Below, piece after piece: positions 12,576 to 22,159 of a DNA stretch of 64,000 bases. How positions within the stretch are numbered: the first letter of the stretch is position 1; each line of letters begins with the position of its first letter. The notes below the pieces were generated by a model. It was not told where the DNA came from, ran no database searches, and saw nothing but the letters and a program-made list of their open reading frames with translations. Origin of the DNA: an uncultured Gemmatimonadaceae bacterium (GTDB lineage: Bacteria; Gemmatimonadota; Gemmatimonadetes; Gemmatimonadales; Gemmatimonadaceae); assembly GCA_963829055.1 (NCBI GenBank), contig CAWHHI010000004.1:672001-736000 (forward strand), given 5' to 3'. Position numbers and translations under genes: made by a program.

Positions 12576-13511
12576 ATGCGAATGAACAAGCAGGTTGCGC
12601 TCATGGCGGGCGCTGGGCTCGGAGCAGCGTTCCTCGCAGCATGTTCGGATTCACCGATGGAGCCGAGCGCGTCATCGGCGTTCGTGCCGAAGACGAGCTT
12701 TGTGGTCGGCGCAGTTACCGCCACGCCGGCGCCGGAAGCGGTGACGGGCAAGATCGTCGTTTGCAAGACCGGTAACGCCGGCGGCTCGTTCACGTTCACG
12801 CGCTCGACCGAAGGGCCGAACATCGTTGCCAGCAGTTATGTCGGCGGCGGTGCCGCTAGCGTCTCGGGCGTCAACATCGCCGTGAACACGTGCCTCGAGA
12901 TCGCCAACGATGACAGCCCGAGCGGCAGCGGCTCGCACATTACGGTAACGGAAGCCCCCGCGGCCAACACGGTGCAGACGATCACGGCCTGCCGCTTCCG
13001 TGGCTATGCGCTCGACGGCGTCACGCTCAACGCGCCGGAGAACTGCGTCTACGTCAACGGTGGCGATCTGTTCCTGAACCACTTCCACGGCTACGTGGTC
13101 ACGTACAACAACGTGTTCACCCCGCCGCCCCCGCCGCCGTCCGGCTGCACGTACACGAAGGGCTGGTACCGCAACAATGGCAGCGAGACGGTCAAGGCGG
13201 TCGACGGTCGCTCCAAGGCTGAGGCGCAGAAGATCTTCGATGCGACGCCTGGCAAGCCGGGTGGCGTGACGTGGGAGGGCAGCAACGACGTTCTCAACCT
13301 CTACCAGCAGCTCCTCGCGGCGCTCCTGAACGGCGGCGCGACGTCCGGAATCACCGCGGTCACCGACGCTATCACCGCTGCCCAGAATGGCACGGGCGGT
13401 ACCGGGCTGGCCATCACGACGAACCTCTCGCAGGCGCAGGTCAGTGCCCTGATCAACACCCTCAGTTCGTTCAACGAGGGCTCGTTCGAGGGGTTCCCTC
13501 ATTGCGACTGA
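12576..13511 (+). CDS. Uncharacterised secreted lipoprotein, paralog 2 (intact, about 311 aa)
   Basis: MRMNKQVALMAGAGLGAAFLAAC signal peptide and lipobox, beta-rich Cys-containing N-domain, poly-Pro linker, and C-domain GCTYTKGWYRN...PHCD. Confidence 0.88.
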   Translation: MRMNKQVALMAGAGLGAAFLAACSDSPMEPSASSAFVPKTSFVVGAVTATPAPEAVTGKIVVCKTGNAGGSFTFTRSTEGPNIVASSYVGGGAASVSGVNIAVNTCLEIANDDSPSGSGSHITVTEAPAANTVQTITACRFRGYALDGVTLNAPENCVYVNGGDLFLNHFHGYVVTYNNVFTPPPPPPSGCTYTKGWYRNNGSETVKAVDGRSKAEAQKIFDATPGKPGGVTWEGSNDVLNLYQQLLAALLNGGATSGITAVTDAITAAQNGTGGTGLAITTNLSQAQVSALINTLSSFNEGSFEGFPHCD

Positions 13512-13533
13512 TCTCGGAAACGAATTGATGACC

Positions 13534-13572
13534 AAGAGCGGGGCGGCCATATGGCCGCCCCGCTCTTCGTTC
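13534..13572 (+). terminator. Rho-independent terminator (perfect palindromic stem)
   Basis: AAGAGCGGGGCGGCCAT|ATGGCCGCCCCGCTCTT; same stem sequence as 11906. Confidence 0.85.
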
Positions 13573-14125
13573 GTTCCTCCTCTACTCGCACAACCTGGCG
13601 TGCGAGGTGGCGCGTCAGCGGTCCCGGTTCGTCATGCGCGTTGCCTAACGTTGCGCGGCATCCTGCGGAGCGCTGGGCCGGGGATGCTCGTCGGCGCCCA
13701 GTCCACCGTAACCGGCAGAATGGTAATCGCCCGAGGCCGGGTGATTACGCCGGCGCGGACACAAGGTCCGACCCTGCACCATTTGAGCGGCTCCGGCGCC
13801 TCACGTTAGGCAACGTGCTCGGCGCTCGACCATGCCCGGGCGTCGGCACACGTGCGGCGGCCAGCCACCTGGTGGCGCCAGAGGTCGGCAGCGGAGCGGG
13901 TCCCGGAGCCCTGAGAGGGAAGCCGCAGACGGCTTGTGCTTTCATTCGACAATTTTCATAATACCGCGCCTCCAGGGCCGGGTGCATTGCGCCTGGTCTC
14001 GGCAGTCGAGCGATAGTGCGCCGTTGCCACGGTGCCTGCGGCTCCGGAGGAAAACCCCTACCCAAGGCGGTGCGGCATTCTCAGCCGTTTGGTAGCACGA
14101 TCACACCCGTAGCGAGAGGTACAGG

Positions 14126-15083
14126 ATGCAAATGACTCAGAAGGTGGTGCTCGCAGCAGGGGCCATGACGGCCATGACCATGTTGGCAGCATGCTCGGAC
14201 TCGAGCACAGCGCCACAGACGCCGTCGCCGACGGTTGGCAAGCCAAGCTTCGTGGTCGCCGGTGGCATCAGTGACCATACAACACCCCGGAAGTCGGGAA
14301 GGTCGCGTCTGCAAGACCGGGAACATGGCTGGCAAGCTTCGACGTGACGCGCAGCAGCCGGCACGGATCGCTCGACTGGTTCACTGATCGTCCGGCCTCA
14401 ACGACTCAGATTGCAGCCGAACACGTGCATGCGTCGTCGTCGGAAGACGACAGTCCGGCGAACGTGCGGGCTCCAACGTCATCCGTCACTGAGACGAATG
14501 CAGCGTCCAACGTGGTATCTACCGTTACGGGATGCGTATTCATCGGCGGCGAGCCCCCTGTTATCGACGTCGTCCAGTGCGAGTTGGCGCCCGTTAGCCG
14601 CTTCATCAACCACTTCCACGGCTATGTGCTCACGGTTAACAACACCTACACGCTGCCCCCGTCCGCTGGTTGCACGTTCACGCAGGGCTATTATAGGAAC
14701 CAGGGCGAGCAACGATCGTCGCCGTCGCGGACGCACGAACGGCGAGCAGGCGATTGTCGACAACAGGCTTGTGGTAAGCCAGGGACGGTGTCATTCGGCG
14801 ATGACACTGCGGCTCCGATCGACGCGATCTATGGCACGCCGCCAAAGGGCGGGAATGCTGAGATCAATCCTCGTGCACCGGCAATCCGACGGCCGGTCTG
14901 ACCATCAGGGTGGTGCCGTCGGTGCCCGCGCCTGTCCTCGCAGGCAATCAGACGCCGCGCGGCTCATCATGAATGGCGGCATCACACGCCAGCAGAAGAG
15001 CGACCGATGCGACGTCCTCGCGGAGATTCTGGATGCCTACAACGAGGGTCGTTCACGGGCCGGCCGGTCACTGCGACGACTGA
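14126..15083 (+). CDS. Uncharacterised secreted lipoprotein, paralog 3 (many frameshifts; assembly error or pseudogene)
   Basis: MQMTQKVVL...LAACSDS, VTGCVFIG, FINHFHGYV, GCTFTQGYYRN, LDAYNEG and GHCDD* (TGA 15081-15083), spread over different frames. Confidence 0.72.
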
Positions 15084-15111
15084 TCGCCGTAGCACGGCTA
15101 CCATACGCTCG

Positions 15112-15146
15112 AGCGGGGCGGCGATCCGGCCGCCCCGCTTTTCTTC
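15112..15146. terminator. Rho-independent terminator between convergent genes
   Basis: AGCGGGGCGGC-GATCCG-GCCGCCCCGCT followed by TTTCTT; third copy of the same stem. Confidence 0.8.
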
Positions 15147-15171
15147 TTCGTCGCTCGTGACCGCGCACTCC

Positions 15172-15856
15172 TCAAGCGTCGTTGAGCCAGTCCTCTTGTT
15201 GAAGTCTGCGGGCACGATCGCGCGGGGCGAGGGTGGAGACAGCGAACAGCGCGCAAAGGAACGACGAACGTCCACGGACGCGCTTCTCGATCCACTGATA
15301 GGCCACGCCGTGGAGCAGCGTCAGCGGACCAGGCCCAGTGGTCGCCAGAGCGTGGACCCACCGCCACCTGTCGACGCCCAGACGCCTCAGAGACAGCGTC
15401 GTTCGACGTCGCGAGCAGGAGCGACGAAGATCAGGGTCGCGGCAAGGCCGGTGTAGTTCGCCAGACCAAACGGGTCCAGTCGAGGAAGCAGGATCAGGCC
15501 GCTGACGAGCCTGCGCGAAGTACTCCCACATCTTGCCGCGCATGTGCACCTGCAGCCCGATAACCACGTGCACCACGGCAAGCATGCCGCTCCAGATCCC
15601 GAAGTCGCGCCTGATGTCTGTGCTCAACGGATAGCGCCGTCCCTGTAGCTCCGCGAACGGGCCGAACGCGAGCGTGACAGCGAACAGCGCGAGCCCGACG
15701 TACGCCGTCGCCATGCTCGCCCGGAACATGGCGTCGTCGGATTCGACTAACGCGAAAATCGAATCGCCGTGGCGGCGACACTGCCGCACCTGACCAAGTG
15801 CGGGTGGGTCGTCGCAACTGGCGTGATGCGTCGCTGGTATGGCTGCTCCTCGTCAA
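15172..15856 (-). CDS. Ferric-reductase-like transmembrane protein (MsrQ/YedZ-like); several frameshifts
   Basis: Hydrophobic segments plus RRDFGIWSGMLAVVH, LANYTGL, LRRLGVDRWRWVH and TLLHG, the His-containing pattern of this heme-binding family. Start is uncertain. Confidence 0.6.
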
Positions 15857-15964
15857 CACGCGACTACCCTCTGCGGGACAACAGGCAACGAAAGAACAAC
15901 GCCCGCGTGGCAATTGCCACGCGGGCGTCCTGCAATCTATTCGAACGCCGAAGACGCGTCGCCG

Positions 15965-16780
15965 CTACCAGCCGCGAATCTTCAGCACCATCGTCGGGAC
16001 GGTCTTCGCCATGATTGCAATGTCCGTCATCAGGCTCTGGCACTTCAGGTACTCGAGGTCGTAGCGGACTTTCGCCCGCACGTCGTCCAGGCATGAGTCG
16101 TAGCTCAGATTGATCTGTGCGAGGCCGGTGATACCCGGCTTCACGCGCTGACGCAGCGGGTACTCGCGAATGTCCTCGCGCAGACGGGCGACGATGCTCG
16201 GGCGCTCCGGGCGCGGGCCGACGATGTTCATGTCGCCACGCACGACGTTGATCAGCTGCGGCCATTCGTCGACGCGGAACTTGCGCATGAAACGGCCAAG
16301 CGGCGTCGCACGCGGGTCGTTCACCGTCGCCCACACGGCGCCCGACTTACCCTCGGCGTTCACATACATCGAGCGGAACTTGTAGATCGTGAACGCGGCG
16401 CCACCGAGGTCCTGCAGCCGGCGCTCGCGGATCGCGAGCTCACGACGGCCACGCCGATCGATGCCGACGCGGGTTTGCGTGTAGAAGATCGGGCCGCGCG
16501 ACGTGAGCTTGATCGCGATGGCCACGAGAACGAAGAACGGCGAGAGGATCGCGAGCGCGATCACGCCTAGCGTTAGGTTCACGGCCCGGTTGAGACGATC
16601 CGATCGCTCTCGCGGGACGACATCGATCAACGGCTCCTGAGCTTCGACCTCCCGAACGGTCTCGATCTGGCGCGGGCGCTCGATCGTGCGACCGTCGGCC
16701 GTTTCCGGTCGACGAGTGCGACGCGCGCCGGAAGGCACGCGAACACTGACGTGGTCTGCAAGGTGCGGGTAGGACTCCAT
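15965..16780 (-). CDS. Priming sugar transferase (bacterial sugar transferase family)
   Basis: IKLTSRGPIFYTQTRVG, YKFRSM, DPRATPLGRFMRKFRVDEWPQLINV.RGDMNIVGPRPERP and VKPGITGLAQ. RBS GAGAGG precedes ATG 16780. Confidence 0.92.
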   Translation of the reverse strand: MESYPHLADHVSVRVPSGARRTRRPETADGRTIERPRQIETVREVEAQEPLIDVVPRERSDRLNRAVNLTLGVIALAILSPFFVLVAIAIKLTSRGPIFYTQTRVGIDRRGRRELAIRERRLQDLGGAAFTIYKFRSMYVNAEGKSGAVWATVNDPRATPLGRFMRKFRVDEWPQLINVVRGDMNIVGPRPERPSIVARLREDIREYPLRQRVKPGITGLAQINLSYDSCLDDVRAKVRYDLEYLKCQSLMTDIAIMAKTVPTMVLKIRGW

Positions 16781-16827
16781 ATCCTCTCGAGGGTGCCGCA
16801 GGGTCAAGGTTCGGCCAGCGTGTTCGT

Positions 16828-17674
16828 TCAGCGTCCGGTGATCCAGAAGATAGTAAACGCAATCGAACTGGCAGCTGCAGCTACGGTGGCGATCTTCTGC
16901 CACTTCGAACCGGACAACTTCGCAGGAATAAACAACTCATCGCCAGGTCGCGCTCCGATGTCGCTCAGCGTGTACTCGGATCGGATAGCAGCCTGAATCC
17001 CATCGCGGCTCACGACAACTGTTGAACCGCGTCTCAACTCGGTCTTGTTGATGTCCGCCGAGGTCGACGGACCCCCCGCATTCATGATCACATCACTGAC
17101 AGGCGTGTCGGTGCGAACCGAATAGAAGCCCGGGCTCGCCACGTCACCACTCACTTGTACGCGGAGCATGGTCTGCGCGCGCACAGAAGGGTCCCGAATG
17201 TACTGGGCCAGCTTCGTCTGCAGATAGCCCTGTAACTCGGAATCCAGAATGCCGGCTAACGAAATTTCCGGAAGATTAGGCAACTGCAACTTCTGATCCG
17301 ACCGAACCGTGAACGTGTCCGAAAGCGCGCTGTCTCCGGTCACGAACAGCAAAATGCGGTGGCCCGCCTGGAAGTCGCCCTCAACGAGCCGCTTTCGGAT
17401 CGTCCTCGCTTGTCCCAGATACCCGGCGCGTTTGCCCGCATCCTTTTCGGAGGCGGCGAGCCGTTCGAAGTTCTTCGCTGCCTCTTCGAGAGTCGAGCGC
17501 CGCGCGCTGATCCTCTCCGGAGTCGCGACGGGGGCCACGGGCGTCGACGTCGTTTGCGCTGTTGCCGAGCCAACTAGCCAACGGGCACGCGATAGCGCTG
17601 ATGACCAAGGTGACAAGACGCGAGAGGCGGATCGAACCAATCCGCCTGGCGGAACGAATGAAAGTAGAAATCAT
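16828..17674 (-). CDS. Polysaccharide export protein with SLBB domain (Wza-like); frameshift near 17575
   Basis: GDFQAGHRILL, poly_export-like region, VQVSGDVASPGFY...MNAGGP SLBB motif and a C-terminal hydrophobic helix. The signal peptide from ATG 17674 is in another frame. Confidence 0.75.
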
Positions 17675-17867
17675 GTGTGAAACCCTCGTTGCAGCCTTCG
17701 TGCTACTGGGTGCCTGTCGCACCGGATGCGTAAGTCGCTGCACCCCAGTGCATTGGCATTTCAGTGGTGGCTCACGGCCGAGCTGAGACCGCCCAAATGT
17801 CGTGTGGACACTACACCCTTAGGCAGCGCTCCTACACTCGCGGCCGCACGATCGTTCGTAACGTGAG

Positions 17868-17883
17868 TGCCAGCACCGTGCCG
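17868..17883 (-). promoter_or_regulatory. Possible sigma-54 (-24/-12) promoter for the export/priming-transferase operon
   Basis: Minus strand CGGCACG-GTGC-TGGCA has correct GG-N10-GC spacing; an NtrC-family gene lies nearby. Confidence 0.35.
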
Positions 17884-18180
17884 TTCCCATCCGTGGAGTC
17901 GATACTCACCCGTTCCTTTCCAAACGCCTCACCAAGATAGAGCAGACGAAAGTACCGACTGCTGTGGCTTGAGTAACGCAATTTTACCGAAACTGTAGCG
18001 ACCGATCCTCAAAGCGAGCGAGAGGCCACCCGCGGATATCAGCGTAACCCGCTGCTGTAGCGGTGCTTGAGAATAGGTGGCCTAGCTGCACGAGTCCTGC
18101 AATGATCTACGGACGAAGTGAGCTAGCTCACATTTCCAAGCACATGCTGGTTACCGCGATCGACCGACGCCCGAGGGCGC

Positions 18181-19131
18181 ATGCTCGACCCAGAAAAGCA
18201 CTCCGCCCCTCCGCTCGTCCTGATAGCCAACGACCAGGAATGGTCTGCGCGTTCCCTCGAAAGCATTCTCGGCCCGCAGGGATACGCCGTTGTCCGCGCG
18301 CACACGGGTAGACAGGCGATCGACCTCGTGTGGCGTACGCACCCCGACGCGATCGTCATCGATTCGGGGATGCCTGACATTGGTGGCGTCGAAGTCTGCC
18401 GATTGCTGCGTCGAGACCCGCGCTTCCCGGCGAGTACACCAGTCATCGTGACCGCGGCAGGGCCCACCGCCCGGTCCGAGCGTCTGGAAGCATTCCGCGC
18501 TGGAGCGTGGGAGTACTGCCCCGACCCGATCGATGCGGAGTCGCTGCTGTGCAAGCTCGAGACCTTCATCGCATCGAAGCGGGAGCTGGATCAATGCCAC
18601 GACGAGAGTCTGCTCGATCGCGTCACCGGCCTATACAACGTGCGCGGACTGACACGGCGCGCACAGGAGCTTGGCGCCGACGCCTCTCGTCGCCAGGCGC
18701 CCCTGTCGTGTGTCGCGCTGTCCGCGATGCCTAACGTCGATGTCGGCGACGCGGACGGTGACGAGCTCTCGCAGCGGATTGGGGAGCATCTCGGCGGGAT
18801 CTTCCGCCGGGCCGCTCGCGTGTCTGACATCGTCGGTCACCTCGGTCGATCGGAGTTCGGTATCATCGCGCCCGCGACAGCGGCCGGTGGCGCCGTGCGG
18901 CTGGTCGAGCGTATTCAGGAAATGGTGCGATCGACTCCGCTCGTCGCCGACGGCGGCGACCACCCGCTACAACTTCGTGCGGGCTATTGCGCTGTTCCGA
19001 ACTTCGCGGAGTCGTCGGTGGATGCGGTCGAACTGCTGCTGCGTGCTGCGACCGCGCTGCGCCACGTGAAGGGAAGCGAGGCGCGCGGTATTACCGCGTT
19101 CGAGGACGTCCCTCTCCGGTTCGTGCACTGA
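18181..19131 (+). CDS. Response regulator: REC plus degenerate GGDEF-like domain
   Basis: REC (IANDQ...IVIDSGMP), then LDRVTGLYN and DIVGHLGRSEF in place of RxGGDEF. Confidence 0.8.
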   Translation: MLDPEKHSAPPLVLIANDQEWSARSLESILGPQGYAVVRAHTGRQAIDLVWRTHPDAIVIDSGMPDIGGVEVCRLLRRDPRFPASTPVIVTAAGPTARSERLEAFRAGAWEYCPDPIDAESLLCKLETFIASKRELDQCHDESLLDRVTGLYNVRGLTRRAQELGADASRRQAPLSCVALSAMPNVDVGDADGDELSQRIGEHLGGIFRRAARVSDIVGHLGRSEFGIIAPATAAGGAVRLVERIQEMVRSTPLVADGGDHPLQLRAGYCAVPNFAESSVDAVELLLRAATALRHVKGSEARGITAFEDVPLRFVH

Positions 19132-19179
19132 CCCAACGCTGACCGAAAGCGCCTCGCCGACTGCGCGCACTGCACAAAA

Positions 19180-19221
19180 GAGAGAAGGGCCGGGCGATTC
19201 GAATCGCCCGGCCCTTCTCTC
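19180..19221. terminator. Bidirectional terminator; perfect 42-bp palindrome
   Basis: GAGAGAAGGGCCGGGCGATTC|GAATCGCCCGGCCCTTCTCTC between convergent genes. Confidence 0.85.
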
Positions 19222-19268
19222 GTGCTGGAACTTCACGCCGACGTTAGGCGAATGAAGCCAAGGCAGTC

Positions 19269-21698
19269 CTAGTTCCGGCGCGCCGGCAGCGACGAGCCAC
19301 CGCCACCCGCCTGAACGAGTCGCGGCTCCTCATCCTCGTCGAGCGTGCCGTAGCCATCGAGGTAGGCGTAGTACTTGTACATCCCCTCGGCCTGAATGTC
19401 GTTCAGCACCGCACCGATGAGACGGACCGGGAGTCGGTCCAACGTCGTCAGCTTCGCCTGTGCGAGCTTGCGATCGGTCTGTCCGGTGCGCAACACCAGC
19501 AGCATGCTGCCCGCCGCGGCACCTAACGCGTATGGGTCGATGCCGGCACCGAGCGGTGCGGTATCCACAATGATCGCGTCGAACCGCGAGCGAAGCCCAC
19601 GGATCGTCTTCACCGTCGCGTCGGCCGCCAACAACTCGGGGCCGCGATGACGCCGTGTGCCGCACGGGATCACGAACAGATTGCCGTGCGACGTCTCGCG
19701 GATGACATCCTCGATCGCAACGTCGCCCGTCAGGTGGTCGACGAGCCCCGGACGCTGAGGAATCGAGAACGTCGAGTGCAACTGGCCCCGACGAATGTCG
19801 CCATCGATCAACAGCGTGCGGTATCCCGCTTCGGCGAATGCGAGCGCGAGGTTCGACGAGATGAGAGACTTGCCGTCTCCGGGCCCAGGGCTGGAGATCG
19901 CAAGCATCACCGGCCCAGTGCCTTCGGCCGCGTTGCGTACATTCAGGCGGAGGCCTCGGAAGGCTTCGACAAGCTGCGCCTCGTCCTCCATGCGCGTGGC
20001 GCCGTTCTTCCCGCGACGGATCGTGGGAATGGTACCGAGAATGTCGAGTCCCAGCTCGTGCGTCGCCTGCTCGGGATAGCGGAATCGCTTGTCGAGCAGG
20101 TCGAGGATGATCGCGAGTAGAATCGCGAAGCCCAGGCTCCCACCGATGACGAGCAGCAGGATCATCGGCGCGGTGTTGCTCGCGGGCTGTGACGGCGCGA
20201 CGGCCGAGTCGAGCACGCTCACGTCGGGAATCGCGCTGGCTTCAGCGAGCTTCGCGAGGTTCCACCGACCCTGAATATCCGCGTAGAGGTTCGCCGCCTG
20301 ATCACGCTCGCGAATCAGTCGACCTTCCTCGATCGCCGTCGCGGGTATCTGCTTCATGTCACTCGATGCGGCCGCGATGCGCCGATCGAGCTCGGTTTCC
20401 TCGCTCTTCAGCTGCTCGAGCGTCTGACGCGTGATTGCCGGAATGGTCTGCGTTTTCATGCGCTCGACTTCCGCCTTCTTTGCAATCACGAGCGGCGCGG
20501 AGTCGGTGTACTTCGCGCTCAGGGTGCGGAGATCGGCCTCTGATTTCGTCAGCTCGTCGACGGCATTCTTCAGATTCGGCGACCCGCCCAGTACGCCCGG
20601 AATGCTCAACAGCTGCTCAGGCGTGACTGCGGTGTTCGGTCCTGAGTTCGCCAGGGCCTGGACCGCCTCTCGATTGCGACGCGCGACCTCGGCCTTGACG
20701 CGGAGGTCGAGGAAGCTGAGGATGCCCGGGTTGTCCGTGATTCCGACGCCCGGTTGCACCGTCAACTGGCGCGTCGGCTTCAGAGCGTTCGCGACCTGGA
20801 AATCCTTGAGCTGACGTTCGAGGTTCTGCAGATTGCCTAACGACTGTTCCAGCTGCTCACCGAGCGCAACCCTCTGGTCCGTGAGGTTCCGCTTCTTGAG
20901 CGCGGCGGCCTCGCCAACGAACTCCTCGAGCACGGCGTTCATCGTCCGCGCGAGCTCCTGCGAGCGCTGACCCCGAAGCGACAGTTTGATGAAATTGCTG
21001 TTGGGCGGGGTGAAGACGTTCAGTCGGTTTCGCAGGTCGTTCGCCGCCTCACGCGGCGTGCGGACCGCGAACTTCACCTCCTGACGGGCCGAGAGCTGGT
21101 CAGTCGGCGGAAGCCACGCGAAGCCAACTGTGCGGCCAATGGAATCGCCGAGCGCGCCGCTCTCGACTGTCGCCTTCGTGCGGCCTCGCTTGACTATGAG
21201 GTCGTACTTCTTCGACGCGCGGTTCACCGTCAGGGTGTAGTCGCCCGTCTGCAGGTCGGACGTCGGTTGAAATTCGCGGAACAGCAGCGAGTCGCTGTCG
21301 GATCTGGGCGTGACGTACATCCCGATCTTCCGCGCGACGGGATCCAGAATGGCGAAGCTCTTGAGGAGCTCGCTCCATGCCTGATCGTTGAGCACTACTT
21401 GGGGGCGTACCGGCCCTTTTGGATCAGGCGATTCGCCGACGACGATCGTGGTGTCGACCTGGTAGGTTGGCTTGATGAACCGCGTTGCTACGACCCCGCC
21501 AATGCTGCCCAACAGGACGATGACCGCAATGAGCCACTTGTAGCGTTTCAGCGCCGAGACGTAACGGCCAATGTTGATGGCACCGGGAGCTGGCGGCGTA
21601 GGCGATGCGGGCGGACCCCAGTTCTGACCTGCAAGCGCGCCCCCATCAGGAGCGAGCTCCAATGACGGAGGCGTCGACGGGACGAGAGATCCAGACAT
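19269..21698 (-). CDS. wzc: Polysaccharide co-polymerase/tyrosine autokinase (Wzc family)
   Basis: Wzz-like N-terminal TM, coiled coil, second TM, EAFRGLR, Walker A SPGPGDGKS, IDGDIRR, VDTAP and Tyr cluster YKYYAY. Confidence 0.9.
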   Translation of the reverse strand: MSGSLVPSTPPSLELAPDGGALAGQNWGPPASPTPPAPGAINIGRYVSALKRYKWLIAVIVLLGSIGGVVATRFIKPTYQVDTTIVVGESPDPKGPVRPQVVLNDQAWSELLKSFAILDPVARKIGMYVTPRSDSDSLLFREFQPTSDLQTGDYTLTVNRASKKYDLIVKRGRTKATVESGALGDSIGRTVGFAWLPPTDQLSARQEVKFAVRTPREAANDLRNRLNVFTPPNSNFIKLSLRGQRSQELARTMNAVLEEFVGEAAALKKRNLTDQRVALGEQLEQSLGNLQNLERQLKDFQVANALKPTRQLTVQPGVGITDNPGILSFLDLRVKAEVARRNREAVQALANSGPNTAVTPEQLLSIPGVLGGSPNLKNAVDELTKSEADLRTLSAKYTDSAPLVIAKKAEVERMKTQTIPAITRQTLEQLKSEETELDRRIAAASSDMKQIPATAIEEGRLIRERDQAANLYADIQGRWNLAKLAEASAIPDVSVLDSAVAPSQPASNTAPMILLLVIGGSLGFAILLAIILDLLDKRFRYPEQATHELGLDILGTIPTIRRGKNGATRMEDEAQLVEAFRGLRLNVRNAAEGTGPVMLAISSPGPGDGKSLISSNLALAFAEAGYRTLLIDGDIRRGQLHSTFSIPQRPGLVDHLTGDVAIEDVIRETSHGNLFVIPCGTRRHRGPELLAADATVKTIRGLRSRFDAIIVDTAPLGAGIDPYALGAAAGSMLLVLRTGQTDRKLAQAKLTTLDRLPVRLIGAVLNDIQAEGMYKYYAYLDGYGTLDEDEEPRLVQAGGGGSSLPARRN

Positions 21699-22159
21699 TA
21701 GAGACGGTAGGAGCGTGAGAAGGCCTAGCCGAAGTCTACCACAAAGTAATACCGCGCCGTGTGTCGAACGTCGCACGTGAGCGCGGTGGAAGACTGAACG
21801 AGAGCCCTTTCCGCAAAATCAGGCCCACGGTCGAGGGCGTCCACTCGCTCTTCGGCACGGCTATTCCGGGCACTGCAGGGACTCCCAAGAGCTGGTATTC
21901 AGAACCCGTTGTCGTTGTGACGCACCACACGGTGTCGACGGTGATACACAACCACTGTTGCCAACCCGCTATGCTGTAGCTTCGTGGCAGCATTTTTTCG
22001 TTGTGGTTACACACATTTGGTCGTCGTAACGGATGAGTCGCGCGGGCCCCGTCGATGAACTGGGGGCGGCAGTCCCGCTACAACTGATCCAATCCTGATG
22101 AATCGGCGCGACGGCCGGCATGAATGGGCCGCGTGTCTCATACCTCAAGGAGTTAGTCG

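Noticed and set aside
19180..19221. Perfect 42-bp palindrome as a mobile-element end or recombination site
   Set aside because: It is single-copy in the window and sits between convergent genes; a bidirectional terminator is sufficient.
13959..21758. Shared 12-mer TAATACCGCGCC at 13959 and 21747
   Set aside because: Chance 12-mer matches are expected in 64 kb, and orientation relative to the downstream genes is inconsistent.
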